Positions 23,765 through 35,739 of a stretch of DNA of 64,000 nt are shown here, piece after piece. The first letter of the stretch is position 1; every line of letters starts with the position of its first letter. Below the pieces are notes generated by a model. That model was not told the origin of the DNA. It saw only the letters and a list, made by a program, of their open reading frames with translations, and did no database searches. The translations under genes and the position numbers were made by a program. Location of the stretch: contig OZ336872.1 of the NCBI GenBank assembly GCA_965287045.1, forward strand, positions 24,800,001 through 24,864,000, read 5' to 3'. This DNA comes from Carcharhinus amblyrhynchos (taxonomy: Eukaryota).

Positions 23765-26700
23765 CAGTATTCTTTGGTTCGTTTTTGGTTGTGCATTCCT
23801 GCCGAGCCGCTGAGGGGGGAAATGAATGGGAAAGCATCCCAGGAAGTCGCTGTTTCCATGTGTTAATGCAGTATGGTTGTAAATTTAGCAAAACTGAGGG
23901 GGGGTTTTATTAATAGATAGAGACTGCAGTATAGACAGACACTATAAAAATCTTCTCCATAACGTCGTTTAACCCAATACTAATCAAATTCAGAGATATG
24001 CAGTTCAGTGATTATTGTGATATGTCTGAAAAACATTAATCCCTCATCTTTTGACAATTTATGAGCTGTTCACACACATTTTGTTCTATTTAACAGTCAA
24101 TGCAATTACATTATTGATTATTGGAAGGAAACTTTATTGCTGGCGAGTTTTTCTGAACTTCCGGAATATCAAACCCCGTTAGAATATTAAAGTGGAAGTT
24201 ACATTGACTAATTGTCCCATGCTGTTGCCCTTGAGCCATGTTTTTTCCCTGGAATACCGTAGAGTTTTTCAGTGCGGGTCACTTCCAATTACAAACATAT
24301 GTTCTGCAGGTATGCCAGAGCTGCAATGGGCATATTGACTACCCACCCACATAGTGTGCCAACTGCACACTATGCACACTACTGCAGCTGCTGCCAAACG
24401 TTATGATGTTGTCCCCCATGCTGCCTATGCACGATAATAATTTGTGATTATTAATAATCCGATATTCAGAAACTTTGTCACCAATCGCTATTATATCAAT
24501 TGCTGGGGTCTGAGTCACAAATACGTTTAAAAAAAGTAAACATAGGTCTATTCAGATAATTCGAGGATTCTTCTAACATTAACGCGAACTCAAAATCAAC
24601 CTGCAACCAAACAGCATGGGGGCCACGCTTTTCATAATTAACAAGCGACTTCGTTTCCTTACAAAGTAAAGCATACAGTTTGTCTCCTTTTTAAAATGTG
24701 TATAGTTTCCAGGCTATCTGAAGAGATAAAAAGGTGTAAGTAAGACCATGTTAAATAACTCCACAATTTTTACAGTTGCCTGAAGATTCACCTGATTTGA
24801 CTAAAATCACACGACCTCGATGATAAAAATCGAGTGCCTCCATACCGGGATAATAAATCAGATTTAAGTTTTAACAAGGAATGTGGGTACTCAGCGACCC
24901 ATGTACCTACACTGAAGTAAGAAAATCCCAGCATACTTCCTTTAAAACAAAACCAAGACCCATTCACAATGTCGAACGCCATACAGAACCGACCAAGTGA
25001 AAGCATGTTTGACGCATTAAACATTTTCCAAGAGCACCATTTTCATAATCATGCACCTAATGCACCATCAGCAACAAGTTACGCTTATCTATCACCGTAA
25101 AGATAATAACCATGTTACATGGCTCTTTCAAAGGAGCGATGCAGAATGTGATCCGCATCCTTTCCTAAGTGGGCCAGCATATTTGCTCATCTTCTGGGGT
25201 AACGGCTTGTAGCAATATTTTGAACTGAATCCTGCCTTATAGAGAATTTAGCCGACCTAATGGAAAATACATTGTCCCAATCTGGAATTCAACTATGCGA
25301 AATCACCCTTCAAAAGAAGTCAATCGGGTGGTAACGCTGAATTATATCTGACTGTTGTAAACATGTCTATAGTTTGATTCATCCGCGGAAGAACAGTTTA
25401 GAATGTGTCGATTCCGTCCCTTTCCTCTTCCATGACTTACACAAATAGAAAAAAAAGTAAACAATCTACATTTTAAAAAACATTATTTCAGTTTTAATTG
25501 AGCGCATCGGATCTAGGAAATATATGTTTTCTTACCTTCCTTGATACGTCTCTTAAATTCAGTTGGAATGTGTGTACGCAACTGCCTGCTCCAATCATTC
25601 CAGTTAACACACACAATCTCATCCAACTCACAAGCTAAGGGCTGGGAATGCGGCTCCGAACGTTGCTGGCCGCTTTTGAGTTTTATTATAAGGCAGCCGA
25701 CGCTTTCAAAACGCCCTGCCAAGGCAACATTTTAGCAAGCGACACCTTAAGGAATGAAAAGACCACCTGGTCTTATATCGGCAGAGTGAATCACCAGCGA
25801 AAGTGGGGTCAGCACCACAAATGCTTTGTCACTGGCTTTGGTTTCTCTGGCAGTCGTTTGGAATGGCAGACTGGTCACTTCCCCACTGCAGAAATGTTAG
25901 TTTACTTAAATTGTATTTCAATCCTTACGTACAGGGTTATCGCCAATAAAAGTCATAGTTACATTGTCTTCAAAATATTTAAAATTAAGCATGGATTAAC
26001 GAAAAGACTGTTTTCCCTGTGTTCAAGAAGGTGTGAGGCGTTGTATGGCAAGCAACACTGATAATAATGATACAGAATATAAACAATGGCGAATTTATGC
26101 GTGCACAGTAATTGATATCTACACAATTGTGTAATTTGTGATGAGACTGTTCCGTTTTCCAAGCAATTTAAACAAAATATTTTCTGTTAGTGGTTAACTT
26201 CTAACTCAGTAATAAAAGCTCTCAATCCCGCGTGGAAAAAGAATCCACTGTAATCTGGGGTTCAGAGAGTGTCTTTACTTGTTGAAACCTTCAGAAACCC
26301 ACTGACCATAATGTGGCTCGTTAATTGAATACATATTTCCTCACATTCACCCCCTTTCTGTAGTGCTTCTTCCCCCCCCCCCCCCACGATGTTTTGTTTT
26401 GCAAAGTCGCTTGATGCTGTAACGGTCAAACCACTTTTTAAACTCCGTTTCTAATTGCACAGTGCATTGAAAATACAAAAGGTTTTAATAGATTGGCTTG
26501 AGGATGAAGAGGGAAAAGGAAAAGCTCCACCATTGCGGCGGCGGAATCAAACCACAAATGCACAAGTGAAATGTTGCATTTCACTTTGGCGCGATTCAAC
26601 CTGTGAAACTGAGGGCGCGACTTCTGCTCTGAATTTTAATTTTAATGTGAACTGTTCAGCACCGATTGGCCTGCTTGTGGTGATAGGTTTATGCATTAAC

Positions 26701-26992
26701 TTCTTTCCTGCGGGTTTTCTTTGCGCCTCACAGTAAGACTCCACCTAGTGCACAGTTTGTAGAAAAACTTCCTCAACGTGCCTGGGGGGAAATAAAAACG
26801 GGATCCAACTTTCGCGGTCACCAATTTGATTTCACACCAATTGAAACATTACACCAAGAATCAAAGGTTTTCCACTTAGAATATTTCGCGTGTTTTAACA
26901 TACCAGAATAAAAAAATTCCAAGGCCTTACCGACAAAATGAAGTGGAAATATACAGGATAGGAAGCTAAGGGGAAAAGTTCGGACTAACACC

Positions 26993-27295
26993 AGCGGTAC
27001 AGTGGTCAGCACTGCTGCCTCACAGCGCCAGACACCCGGGTTCGATGCCCGGCTTGGGTCACTGTCTATGTGGAGTCTCCCCCTGTCTGCGCGGGTTCCC
27101 TCCGGGTGCTCCTGTTTCCTCCCACAGTCCGAAAGATGTGCTGGTTAGGTGCATTGGCCATGCTAAATTAACCCCAGTGTCCGAGTGATTAGCAGGGTAA
27201 ATATATGGGGTTACGGGAGTAGAGCCTAGGTGGGATTGTGGTCGGTACAGACTCGATGGGCCGAACGGCCTCTTTCTGCATTGTAAGAATTCTAC
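26993..27295 (+). mobile_element. HE1-type V-SINE, full length
   Basis: Runs from head cagtggtcagcactgctgcctcacagcgcca...gggttcgat through the V core to tail gactcgatgggccgaacggcctctttctgcattgtaagaattcta. Confidence 0.9.
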
Positions 27296-27500
27296 ATAAA
27301 TGGCATATAATTCATGTGGAGCAGTATTCAAACTTACACACTGTCCTTAATGTTATAAACGTAAAACTTCCTTCACCTGAGTGAAATAGTTAATATTTAC
27401 CTGTGTGACTGTAACAAAATGCAGACGTGTCAAATATTCATTTTTTAATGTAAAGGTTTGATTTGAGGGAATAATAAGGCGAAAAGTTCGGACTAACACC

Positions 27501-27603
27501 GGCGGTACAGTGGTCAGCACTGCTGCCTCACAGCGCCAGGGACACCGGGTTCGATTCCCGGCTTGGGTCGCTGTCGAAGCGGAGTCCCCCTGTGTCTACG
27601 TGG
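27501..27603 (+). mobile_element. HE1-type SINE 5' fragment, duplicate of the 26993 copy
   Basis: Head only; shares the 5' flank gaaaagttcggactaacacc with the upstream copy. Confidence 0.85.
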
Positions 27604-29599
27604 ACCAGCGATAGACTGACTTGCACTGGTTTAATCAAAGCTGAAGTAAACAATGCATTAATCAAAGGTTGCCAATGTGTCAGGTGACCTAATTAGGTTA
27701 CAGGCGCAATACATTATCCTGACACTTAAATTTACAAAATGCATTTTATGTAATGTCCTGGAGCCTTAACATTTCAGTTTAAAATGAGAGAAAATGTTCT
27801 ACACGGGATGTGTGGAGGGCCCCCTCTAGTTAATTTATTTAACGCTCTCCTTGAACTCCCAAACATTGCGTGGTGTAATCTCATTAGAATTGCCCAGGCA
27901 TTAGAAACTTCGAAATTAAAACATCTCATACAGTTTATGCTTCATCGAGCTGAGGGGCCGGTTACAATTCAGATACTTATTCCACACAGAAACGGTATTT
28001 CAATGTGTCGCGGGGTGCGATTTAGAAAAACTTTAACAATTGCCACTGAAAAAAAACACATACTTCGGTAGCTTTTCAGATCTCAACTGTAGGCTGGGGT
28101 GCGGGTGGAGTTCCACTCTATGTAATGAGGGTTTGGTGAATGTGTAGCATGCCTGTCACTGGCAGTTTTCGATCATTCATTCCGCTTTTGTCGGCGAACG
28201 GTAAACATGGGTGGCATGATTGCAAAGGAACTTTTCAAAAAAAGAACGGAAAACACACTCAATTGCACAGTAAACGGATATATCTAACACATTATAGCAA
28301 TAGGGGATCCCTCGGATAATTTTAATAAAGCAATTTTTCCCTTATTGTGTTATGTGGGATGGAACAGGAAGTATCATATTGAGAAGCAAACGGGTTTAAC
28401 CACACCTCCCAATCTTGCGCTTCCCCATTCAATAATTGGATCAAACAGCCCGCTGTAAAACTGCATCGTTATGATGACAGTGAAACCTCATTAGATGAAG
28501 TCTTATAGATGGAAGCTATCCTGGGGAGGCAATTCGCCATCCCGGATTCCCCACTCTCACCGTGAACAGATATTTCTGCTGTTATTGTGATATGTGTAAC
28601 ATATTGTCAGGAGGAATTAGCTGTGGTCGATTTCCATTTCGTAGAATAGAAATGAGACTGAGATAAGTGGCAATATATTTTATGTGCCTTTCTTTAGAAA
28701 TGGACTTATCCATGAATTGATGCTGAGTGGGGGATGGGGTGAGGGAGGGGAGGGGAGTGGGGATACGCAGCCTTGACCACTGCTGACAAATACAAATGAT
28801 ATTGGAAAAATCAGACCAACAATAGTGCGAAGCGAATTCCACCCACCCCCACTCCCCAACATACATTTTAAAGTAAGGCGAAAGATTGTTCCATCCTTGC
28901 CCGCTGTAAGTGTAAAACGAAATTGTTGGCATGTTTGTCAGAGAATAGCAGACAAACTGTCTGTTATTGGAGAAAATGGACGAAAGAGACAACAGTGTCG
29001 AAAAGTCACATTTTGAAATGAATAGTCCACTCTTTTTTACCAATGGCCAGGAAGTAATACCGAGCCTGGCATAATGTGGGGAAAAGTATTTTGTGGGGTG
29101 AGAGGTATATCTGTGTATACATATATATATCTACGTGAGATTTGACATCTCTGCTTCTGCCGATCTAGGGGTTAAGTTTGTCGGGATTGGGACGGTCAGA
29201 AAATATTTGCTTAACTGGACGGTACCAGTTTGCATCTTTTATCTTTACACTTCAAACTAGGACTAGAAGTTGCCACAGACTACAGTGAAAGGAGAGGGAG
29301 AGTTTCTCTGTACAGCAAGCTACGTTTCCAACCTCGAGACGTGTCCTGTATGACTGAGCGTTCAACAATGCATTCGATGCGTTCATGTAAACCCTTCCGC
29401 TACTCCTTAAAAGCAGTCTGGAAAATGGGCAGAGCCGCCCAAAGCAGCGGTGTGGCTCGGAATTGCGGGTTATTCGGTTGGTGATTTATTTGGGGAGTTA
29501 CAGACAGGACTCTTCTGAGCTCCAGGGTTGTGGGTGACCATTTCTGCGGCGCTGATGTGCAGCGTGGAAGCGGGAGACAAGTGGCACTGTGCTCAATGT

Positions 29600-30692
29600 C
29601 AAATCCTCCATTTTCACCCACTGGGAAGTGGCCCCTTGCGGGGAAGGGTGCGCCACGTGACGGGAGAAGATGAATTGTCGGTGTAACCAGGCTGATTAAA
29701 ACAAAAAAAACACATCTTAACCCATTATTTGTTGTGCCAGCTTCCGTCGCTGCAACTGGTTAGAAAACTTAACGACGCAGAGCTGAGTAAATAAATCAGA
29801 GTCAATATGCCGTCCTTCCTACCCTCTTGTTCCAGAGCACAACCGCCCCCCACCCCCCGACTCTAGCCGAGTGGAATAAAGTCACATTCTCTCTCTGTAA
29901 AGTGGCCAATAACCTGCAGTATCAGAATAAATGGCTACTTCCACAGTGAAAGCAGAATTCATTCAATAGCAATGTTTTCATACTCGTGTTTGCTATTAAA
30001 TAGTGCTGATTACTAATATAGTCCCCCCTCCCGCTCTTCTCCCCCGGGAGTGTTTAAATTCACTCAGTCTAATTTAAAGTGGGACACACTGCTTGGGGAG
30101 CAAGGGGGCAAGCGCAGCCCAGCCCCTGTGGTCTCAGCCGGGATGTTTTTCAGTTAATGAGGAATGAGGAGGGCTGCTATAGGCTGGGTGAAGTGCTGGG
30201 TGGTTCCTTTCCAGGGCGGAGAGAAAGAGAGAGACAGAGAGAGAGAGGGGGAGGAAGAGAAAGAAAGAGAGAGACGAAATCACGTGGCTTAATAATGTTG
30301 CAAGCCTTCCAACTCTCGCTCTCTCCCGACAAGACCGTACGGTTTAGATATCCGGAAAAAGCTACAAATGAGGACAAGTGAATAAGCAAACAGGACGGGG
30401 CCGATCGAGCTGGCGACTGAGAGGCAGGATCCCGCTCTGTGAAAGTTACCACTCGCCATCCCGATGTGTCAAAATGAAGCAGTTTATTGCCTGCAATTGA
30501 AAGCCGGCGTGGGGCGCTGAGCGGCTCAGGACTGGTGGAGTTTTAGTGAGCAGCAGCATTGAGGGGCGAACATCAAACCTGCATTATTGGTGTCTTTCAA
30601 CTCACTTACTCACCTACCCACACCCCTCCCTCCCTCCCCCCACTACCCCTCCTCCTCCTCAGCTGGATTGTGGCGTAAAGGGGAAAAAAAAC
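29600..30692 (+). promoter_or_regulatory. BARX1 promoter / 5' UTR region
   Basis: CpG-rich region directly upstream of the ATG, with a CCAAT near 29906, CACGTG E-boxes (~29654 and 30281) and a GA-rich tract (~30219-30274). The TSS cannot be determined from sequence. Confidence 0.6.
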
Positions 30693-30897
30693 ATGATGCA
30701 GAATCCCCTGGAGCTGGAAGCTCATTACCTGCCTCACGAGCCGATCCATGATTATAGGTCTCACCGATACAGGAGTTTTATGATCGAGGAGATACTGACT
30801 GAACCCCCGGGCCCAGGCAAAACCACCAACGGGGGAGAGCTCCTCAAATTCGGAGTCCATGCTCTGCTCAACAGCCGGCCCTACCACAGCCATTTAG
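30693..30897 (+). CDS. BARX1: BARX homeobox 1, coding exon 1
   Basis: ATGATG at 30693 starts [41 protein letters not shown]...[21 protein letters not shown]. This matches the BARX1 N-terminus, with eh1/FIL motif FMIEEIL at 30777-30797. Phase-1 donor G|GTAGGT at 30898. Either of the two adjacent ATGs could be the start. Confidence 0.95.
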
Positions 30898-32322
30898 GTA
30901 GGTGGAAAGCTTTCCTAAACGCTATGCTTCCTCGATGTGGGTTACATTATTCAAAGGGTGCTCTCCAAAATCACTCGGAATCTGCTCCCTCGGAATGTTT
31001 CCCTTTTGTAACAGATGAGCAGCATTTTCCACAGTGTGCAGTCCGTGGCCAGTTGGGCATTTTCACAGACAGAATTCCCACTCCAGCGTCCACGCCGACA
31101 ATCCATGCTGGCTTTAGCTCGTAGGTAGCTTGTAATATGCAGCAAATAACATAGAATGAAATTGTCCGGAAGACAACAATCTCATAAATCGAAAGAGAGA
31201 ACAAAATAAACCGAGGCAATGCAATAAGATAGTTGGGCAATGCAATGAGATAGTTGAGCACTGCAAATATTTTTGACAAGGCCTAAGAAAAGCGTGCAGC
31301 AGTGAAGAAAAACTGCAAGCTGAGTTTAACATTATTACAATAATTGTTGCATATTTTTTTTCGTAGGATATCTGTCATCTAACAAAAATATATCCGGTGT
31401 TTAATTTTCTCGTAATATTATCCTGGGACCCCCAACCATATTATTCCTAGAATAAACAGTGTGTGCCCAGGTCGGAAACGTATGGTTTAGAAGTATTCTA
31501 ACCCCAAAACCCCAGTATAATCGTAGCATTTATTTTGAAAGGGGCAATCTCATCCCTCCCAACTCTCTCTCTCACACACGCACACGTACATAAATGATCC
31601 CTATTGCACCAAAGTTTAACACTCCAAAATCAATCCTTATTTAAAACAGTAAAACTTATTTCGCGAAACAGAAAGGTCACAATCGAAGATTGCAATTCAG
31701 ATGCGGAGTAATGCCATTGCACGTTGTGCAAAAGACATTAGTGAACGGTGTGGTAAATTGAATAATTTCCCGTTTCCTTCAAAACAACAGACGGGTAAAA
31801 GACAACTTTGCAATCCCGCTGAAATGGATGGTATTTATAACTTGTTGCTAAATGAAATTAGGCTGGGTGCTCTAAAGGAAGGCGAACGACTAAATTTCTT
31901 AAAAAGGATGCGTGATACTTTTTTGAAATGCTTGTTTTGTAAATTACCAGCAAACAATTAGCTGCATTAAGAAATGCGAGATATTATTTTTGCTAAAAAC
32001 AAAGTTGAATATGTGTGAGATACTGGATTTTTAAAAACCTATTTTTTTCTTACGATCGTGACAGTACGAGGCAATCTTCATAGCGGAAACTGATAGCTTC
32101 ATAGATAGTTCATCTATAAACTTAAATAATATCGAGTTACGTGCAACAAAATGGTACACTGAAAATGTATTTTAACAATTCCCTGACATGTATCATTTTG
32201 TAAGTGTACCGCGCAGTTCTACCTTGTGTAGGCGAAGGCAGCTTTAATTGGAGTGTACTTAAGTACAAGTTTTGAGTTCACTCCAATATTGGCAGTAACA
32301 TTTGTGCCCGATGTGCTTGCAG

Positions 32323-32617
32323 CTGGCCTGAAATCAGATCACACCGGAGTTTTTAAGTTCCCGCTGGGTCCGATTTCATGTAGTCTTGCTGCTCCACTGG
32401 GCTCAGCGTTGGTATCCGGAGGATCGAGCCTGCCTACCGGGCCCGGAGGCCCGCATCTTCCCCTGGACCTGCACCTACGCTCGAAGCTCGAACAAGGTCC
32501 CGAACCGGGGAGCAAGGCAAAAAAAGGCAGGAGGAGCCGAACGGTCTTCACTGAACTCCAACTAATGGGACTCGAGAAACGATTTGAAAAGCAGAAATAT
32601 CTCTCAACGCCAGACAG
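32323..32617 (+). CDS. BARX1: BARX homeobox 1, coding exon 2 (homeodomain N-terminal part)
   Basis: Acceptor gtgcttgcAG ends at 32322 with compatible phase (G+CT=Ala). Encodes [16 protein letters not shown]...[35 protein letters not shown]. Phase-2 donor AG|GTAACT at 32618. Confidence 0.96.
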
Positions 32618-33369
32618 GTAACTTTGAAAATTGACACTATTTTAAAAAATATTAAGTACATTTTAGAAAGCATAACATGGCATTTTGTACAGACAGATAT
32701 AACTCAACAGAGAACGCTGGTTTGCATTCTGCTGCTCTGCGACATCTCATTTGATATTACTTTAAATATTTAATTGCGGGCAATGCTTTAACTGTCCATT
32801 GCGTTAAAACTTGCCGTTTTCAGTTGAAACCGATTGGCAAAATCCCCGTTCCTAAAATCAGTTTGGTAGCTTTGACCCTACCAATGAACAGTACGGGGAT
32901 TGTGAGACAACAACAAAACGTAGGAATGAAACAAGAATACACAAACTCATTCATACCAAATCAGTTGAAACATATACAGATATGAGGATCCAATGTGGCA
33001 CGCACCACCATTTCATCCAGATATCCGTGATGTTCCCAATAAATATTCTCCCCACAATCTAAACGTGCAGATCAGTTCCAATAGCAAATGAGAGCGATTT
33101 GTGTATTTGGAATATTTCCTTCGGGTTTAGTACTGGTAGTAATCGGAGGGGCGAGGAGAAGTTAGAACAGGCAACCCAATGTATTAGTTTTCGCTGCACC
33201 AGCGACTTTGGTATATCATTCCCAAAGCACAGCGTTCATTTACAAAGACCATCCAGCAAGTGAAATTATTGTGACAAGGACGCGCGCATTTACTAACGGG
33301 GCCAAAGCGATTCAAAATGCATTCTATTCTGATTTGCCCAAATATATTTACTTCTATTTTTAAATACAG

Positions 33370-33454
33370 GATAGACCTAGCGGAATCTTTGGGCCTTAGT
33401 CAACTTCAGGTGAAAACTTGGTACCAAAACCGAAGAATGAAGTGGAAGAAAATA
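33370..33454 (+). CDS. BARX1: BARX homeobox 1, coding exon 3 (homeodomain helices 2-3)
   Basis: Acceptor atacAG ends at 33369. Encodes [28 protein letters not shown], including the Bar-class WYQNRR. Donor GTAAGT at 33455. Confidence 0.97.
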
Positions 33455-33548
33455 GTAAGTATTCAAGGGAAGGCATTTGCGATGGTGGAGCTGGCTCTGT
33501 AGGTGGTAGTGGTTTGTTGCTGAGCTTTTATTTGATTTTATTTAAAAG

Positions 33549-33713
33549 GTGTTGCAAGGCGGAGGTTTGGAATCCCCGACAAAGCCGAAAGGTCGCCCGA
33601 AGAAGAATTCCATTCCTACAAGTGAGCAACTTTCCGAACAGGAGAAGGTAAAGCAAGCCGAGAAACAGATGGAGAATTCCCCATCACCCTCTGAAGTTAA
33701 TCAGGAAGAATAA
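33549..33713 (+). CDS. BARX1: BARX homeobox 1, coding exon 4 to stop
   Basis: Acceptor tttaaaAG ends at 33548. Encodes [54 protein letters not shown] then TAA (33711-33713). Contains the Barx basic region. The four exons total 750 nt in frame. Confidence 0.95.
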   Translation: MLQGGGLESPTKPKGRPKKNSIPTSEQLSEQEKVKQAEKQMENSPSPSEVNQEE

Positions 33714-34677
33714 CGCTGCAAGATGGTTCAAACAAAACTCTGTCCATCCTCATCTGGTGTTGACGCCAATTTTTATAGACTGACCTTGAAACTCCAGCCA
33801 GCCACGTGTGTCTAACCATGTTGACCGCGTCATACATGTGGAATTTACTCCCGAACTGTAAATGTCAGCTGCACCTTTGAGTTATCCTGTGTCCTCCCCC
33901 CATCTCCCTCTTTCCAAACACCCAGCTGATGGAACTTATCGATGACCGATTCGCCATTATTATATTTTAATAAGCAATTAGTTACACTTGGAGTTTGGAT
34001 CAAATTGCCGTTGTTAATGGAAGCTGGTTGCCTGTCGCATATCCGGTTGTGTGCAGTTGTTTTCATTCCGAGTAAATTTGGCCAGACAGACACTCAGAAC
34101 TCACTGTTTTCGTGCATCAAAATGATCGCATTTTCCCCTCGATTTGTACGTAATTTAGTATTTTTTATCGTCTTTCTTAACACACGTTTCGGCTGCATGA
34201 CATTAGAGCTCCTTCTTGCACTTTTGTGTAAGCAATCTTTCCAACACCCCCCCGCCCCCCTCACCTCCACAAAATTGTCAGTACTGTTGAGGATGATGCA
34301 ATTGTCGTGGCTTCTATTTTAGATTTCAGCCTACGATCCTGTGGTCCCTTTCTGTCAAGTTAGTTCTATAAATATTTTGACCAAAGCAGCTTGATAGTAA
34401 GTACAATATGTTATGGTTCAGTGCAAAAGAGCCACGGCTGCAGTAGCAGATTTGAAGTGTTTGTACCAAGTACCGAATTTATATATGATTTCATACACTT
34501 GCGAGAGATAGGAGAAACTGTAAATAATTCTTGCAACCATGACAATGGCAGAATGCCAAAAGTGTGTCTTGTGCCTTTCGACAAGGGAAAAGTACAGAAA
34601 TGTTGATATCTAATTAAAATGTGCTTGTATTTTTAAATTTATATTTCCGTTTATACTACCCTTACACGGATACAAAC

Positions 34678-34683
34678 AATAAA
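34678..34683 (+). terminator. Candidate BARX1 polyadenylation signal
   Basis: AATAAA ~965 nt after the stop, followed by T-rich sequence. An alternative ATTAAA lies at 34613-34618. Confidence 0.55.
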
Positions 34684-35739
34684 AGATTAGTCAGTCCTCG
34701 GATTTATATATTTTCATTATAAAAACCTACGCGCGTGTTGGGCTGGAATATATACGAAATCATTATAATTAGACGATTTGATATTTTTATGTGCAAGTTT
34801 AATCCTCAGGGTGCATATTATAAAACGATGCTTTATTTATACTCCTCCCAGGATTCCTTCCCTAGGTTTTACAATGTTTAATGCAATTGGCTAAACTTTT
34901 TAACTATCATACATAAACAACGCATACACTCCTACAGTGAATGTTAAGCAATTTCCTACTGTTTGGATTCCACACATAACGGTCTTCCGTTCACCATGAG
35001 TTAAATACATATGTAAATACTAGTTATCAAGTCAGCCTTCTTTTCAGTTTCGTGTTCGTTTTTTCTAAAACGCGTTTTTGCAAATCGTTACTTTCCCTGC
35101 AACTATTCACTGGCAAGTTTTGTTCCCGCTTCCGTCTCCAATCATCGTTCTATGATTCTGTTCCTATCGAATCCTCACCTAACTGCATTTCTAATACACA
35201 TGGGCCTTTTTTGGTAGCTGTCACACAGTAAAATATATATTTTTTTAACTGCTGGACGATAATTTCACACGATTGAAACCGAACACCTAGCCACGGCTGT
35301 ACCTTCTGACAGATTCGATGTTAAACCGCTAGCAAGTTGCTGGATAAGCCAAAGTTTAACCATGCCAGCATTGTGAAGTTATGTTACAAGAATGAACGGC
35401 GCAGTAAAACCCCCTGCCGCTGCCTCACTCTGTAACCAACTCTGTACAAAAGCTCGCTGAAAGGCAGTGATTGTCAACGGCCTTCAGCCCAAACTTGACT
35501 TTTCTGCGTAAAGTGGGAGAGGGATGCTGACAAAACCGAACTGTTGCTGTGGGCAGGACGCTGCTTCACCGTTACGGGTCTGTGATTTGCTTTGAAGTGG
35601 CCCAGTGCCGCATGACCTGTGCCCCCACCCCCCTCAATTATTCAGAAAGAAAAGTCTGTGCCAATAAAAAAAATCAGATGGAATAAAGATATGACCTACT
35701 CAAACATACGGGACTCCTGCACGCTTGTTGTTCCAGTAG

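Noticed and set aside
26993-27070. tRNA-like A/B boxes (also in the other SINE heads)
   Set aside because: They continue directly into SINE core and tail, so they are tRNA-derived SINE heads and not tRNA genes.
30546-31124. 192-aa ORF as a single-exon gene
   Set aside because: Only 30693-30897 matches BARX1. The rest is upstream open frame and read-through into intron 1.
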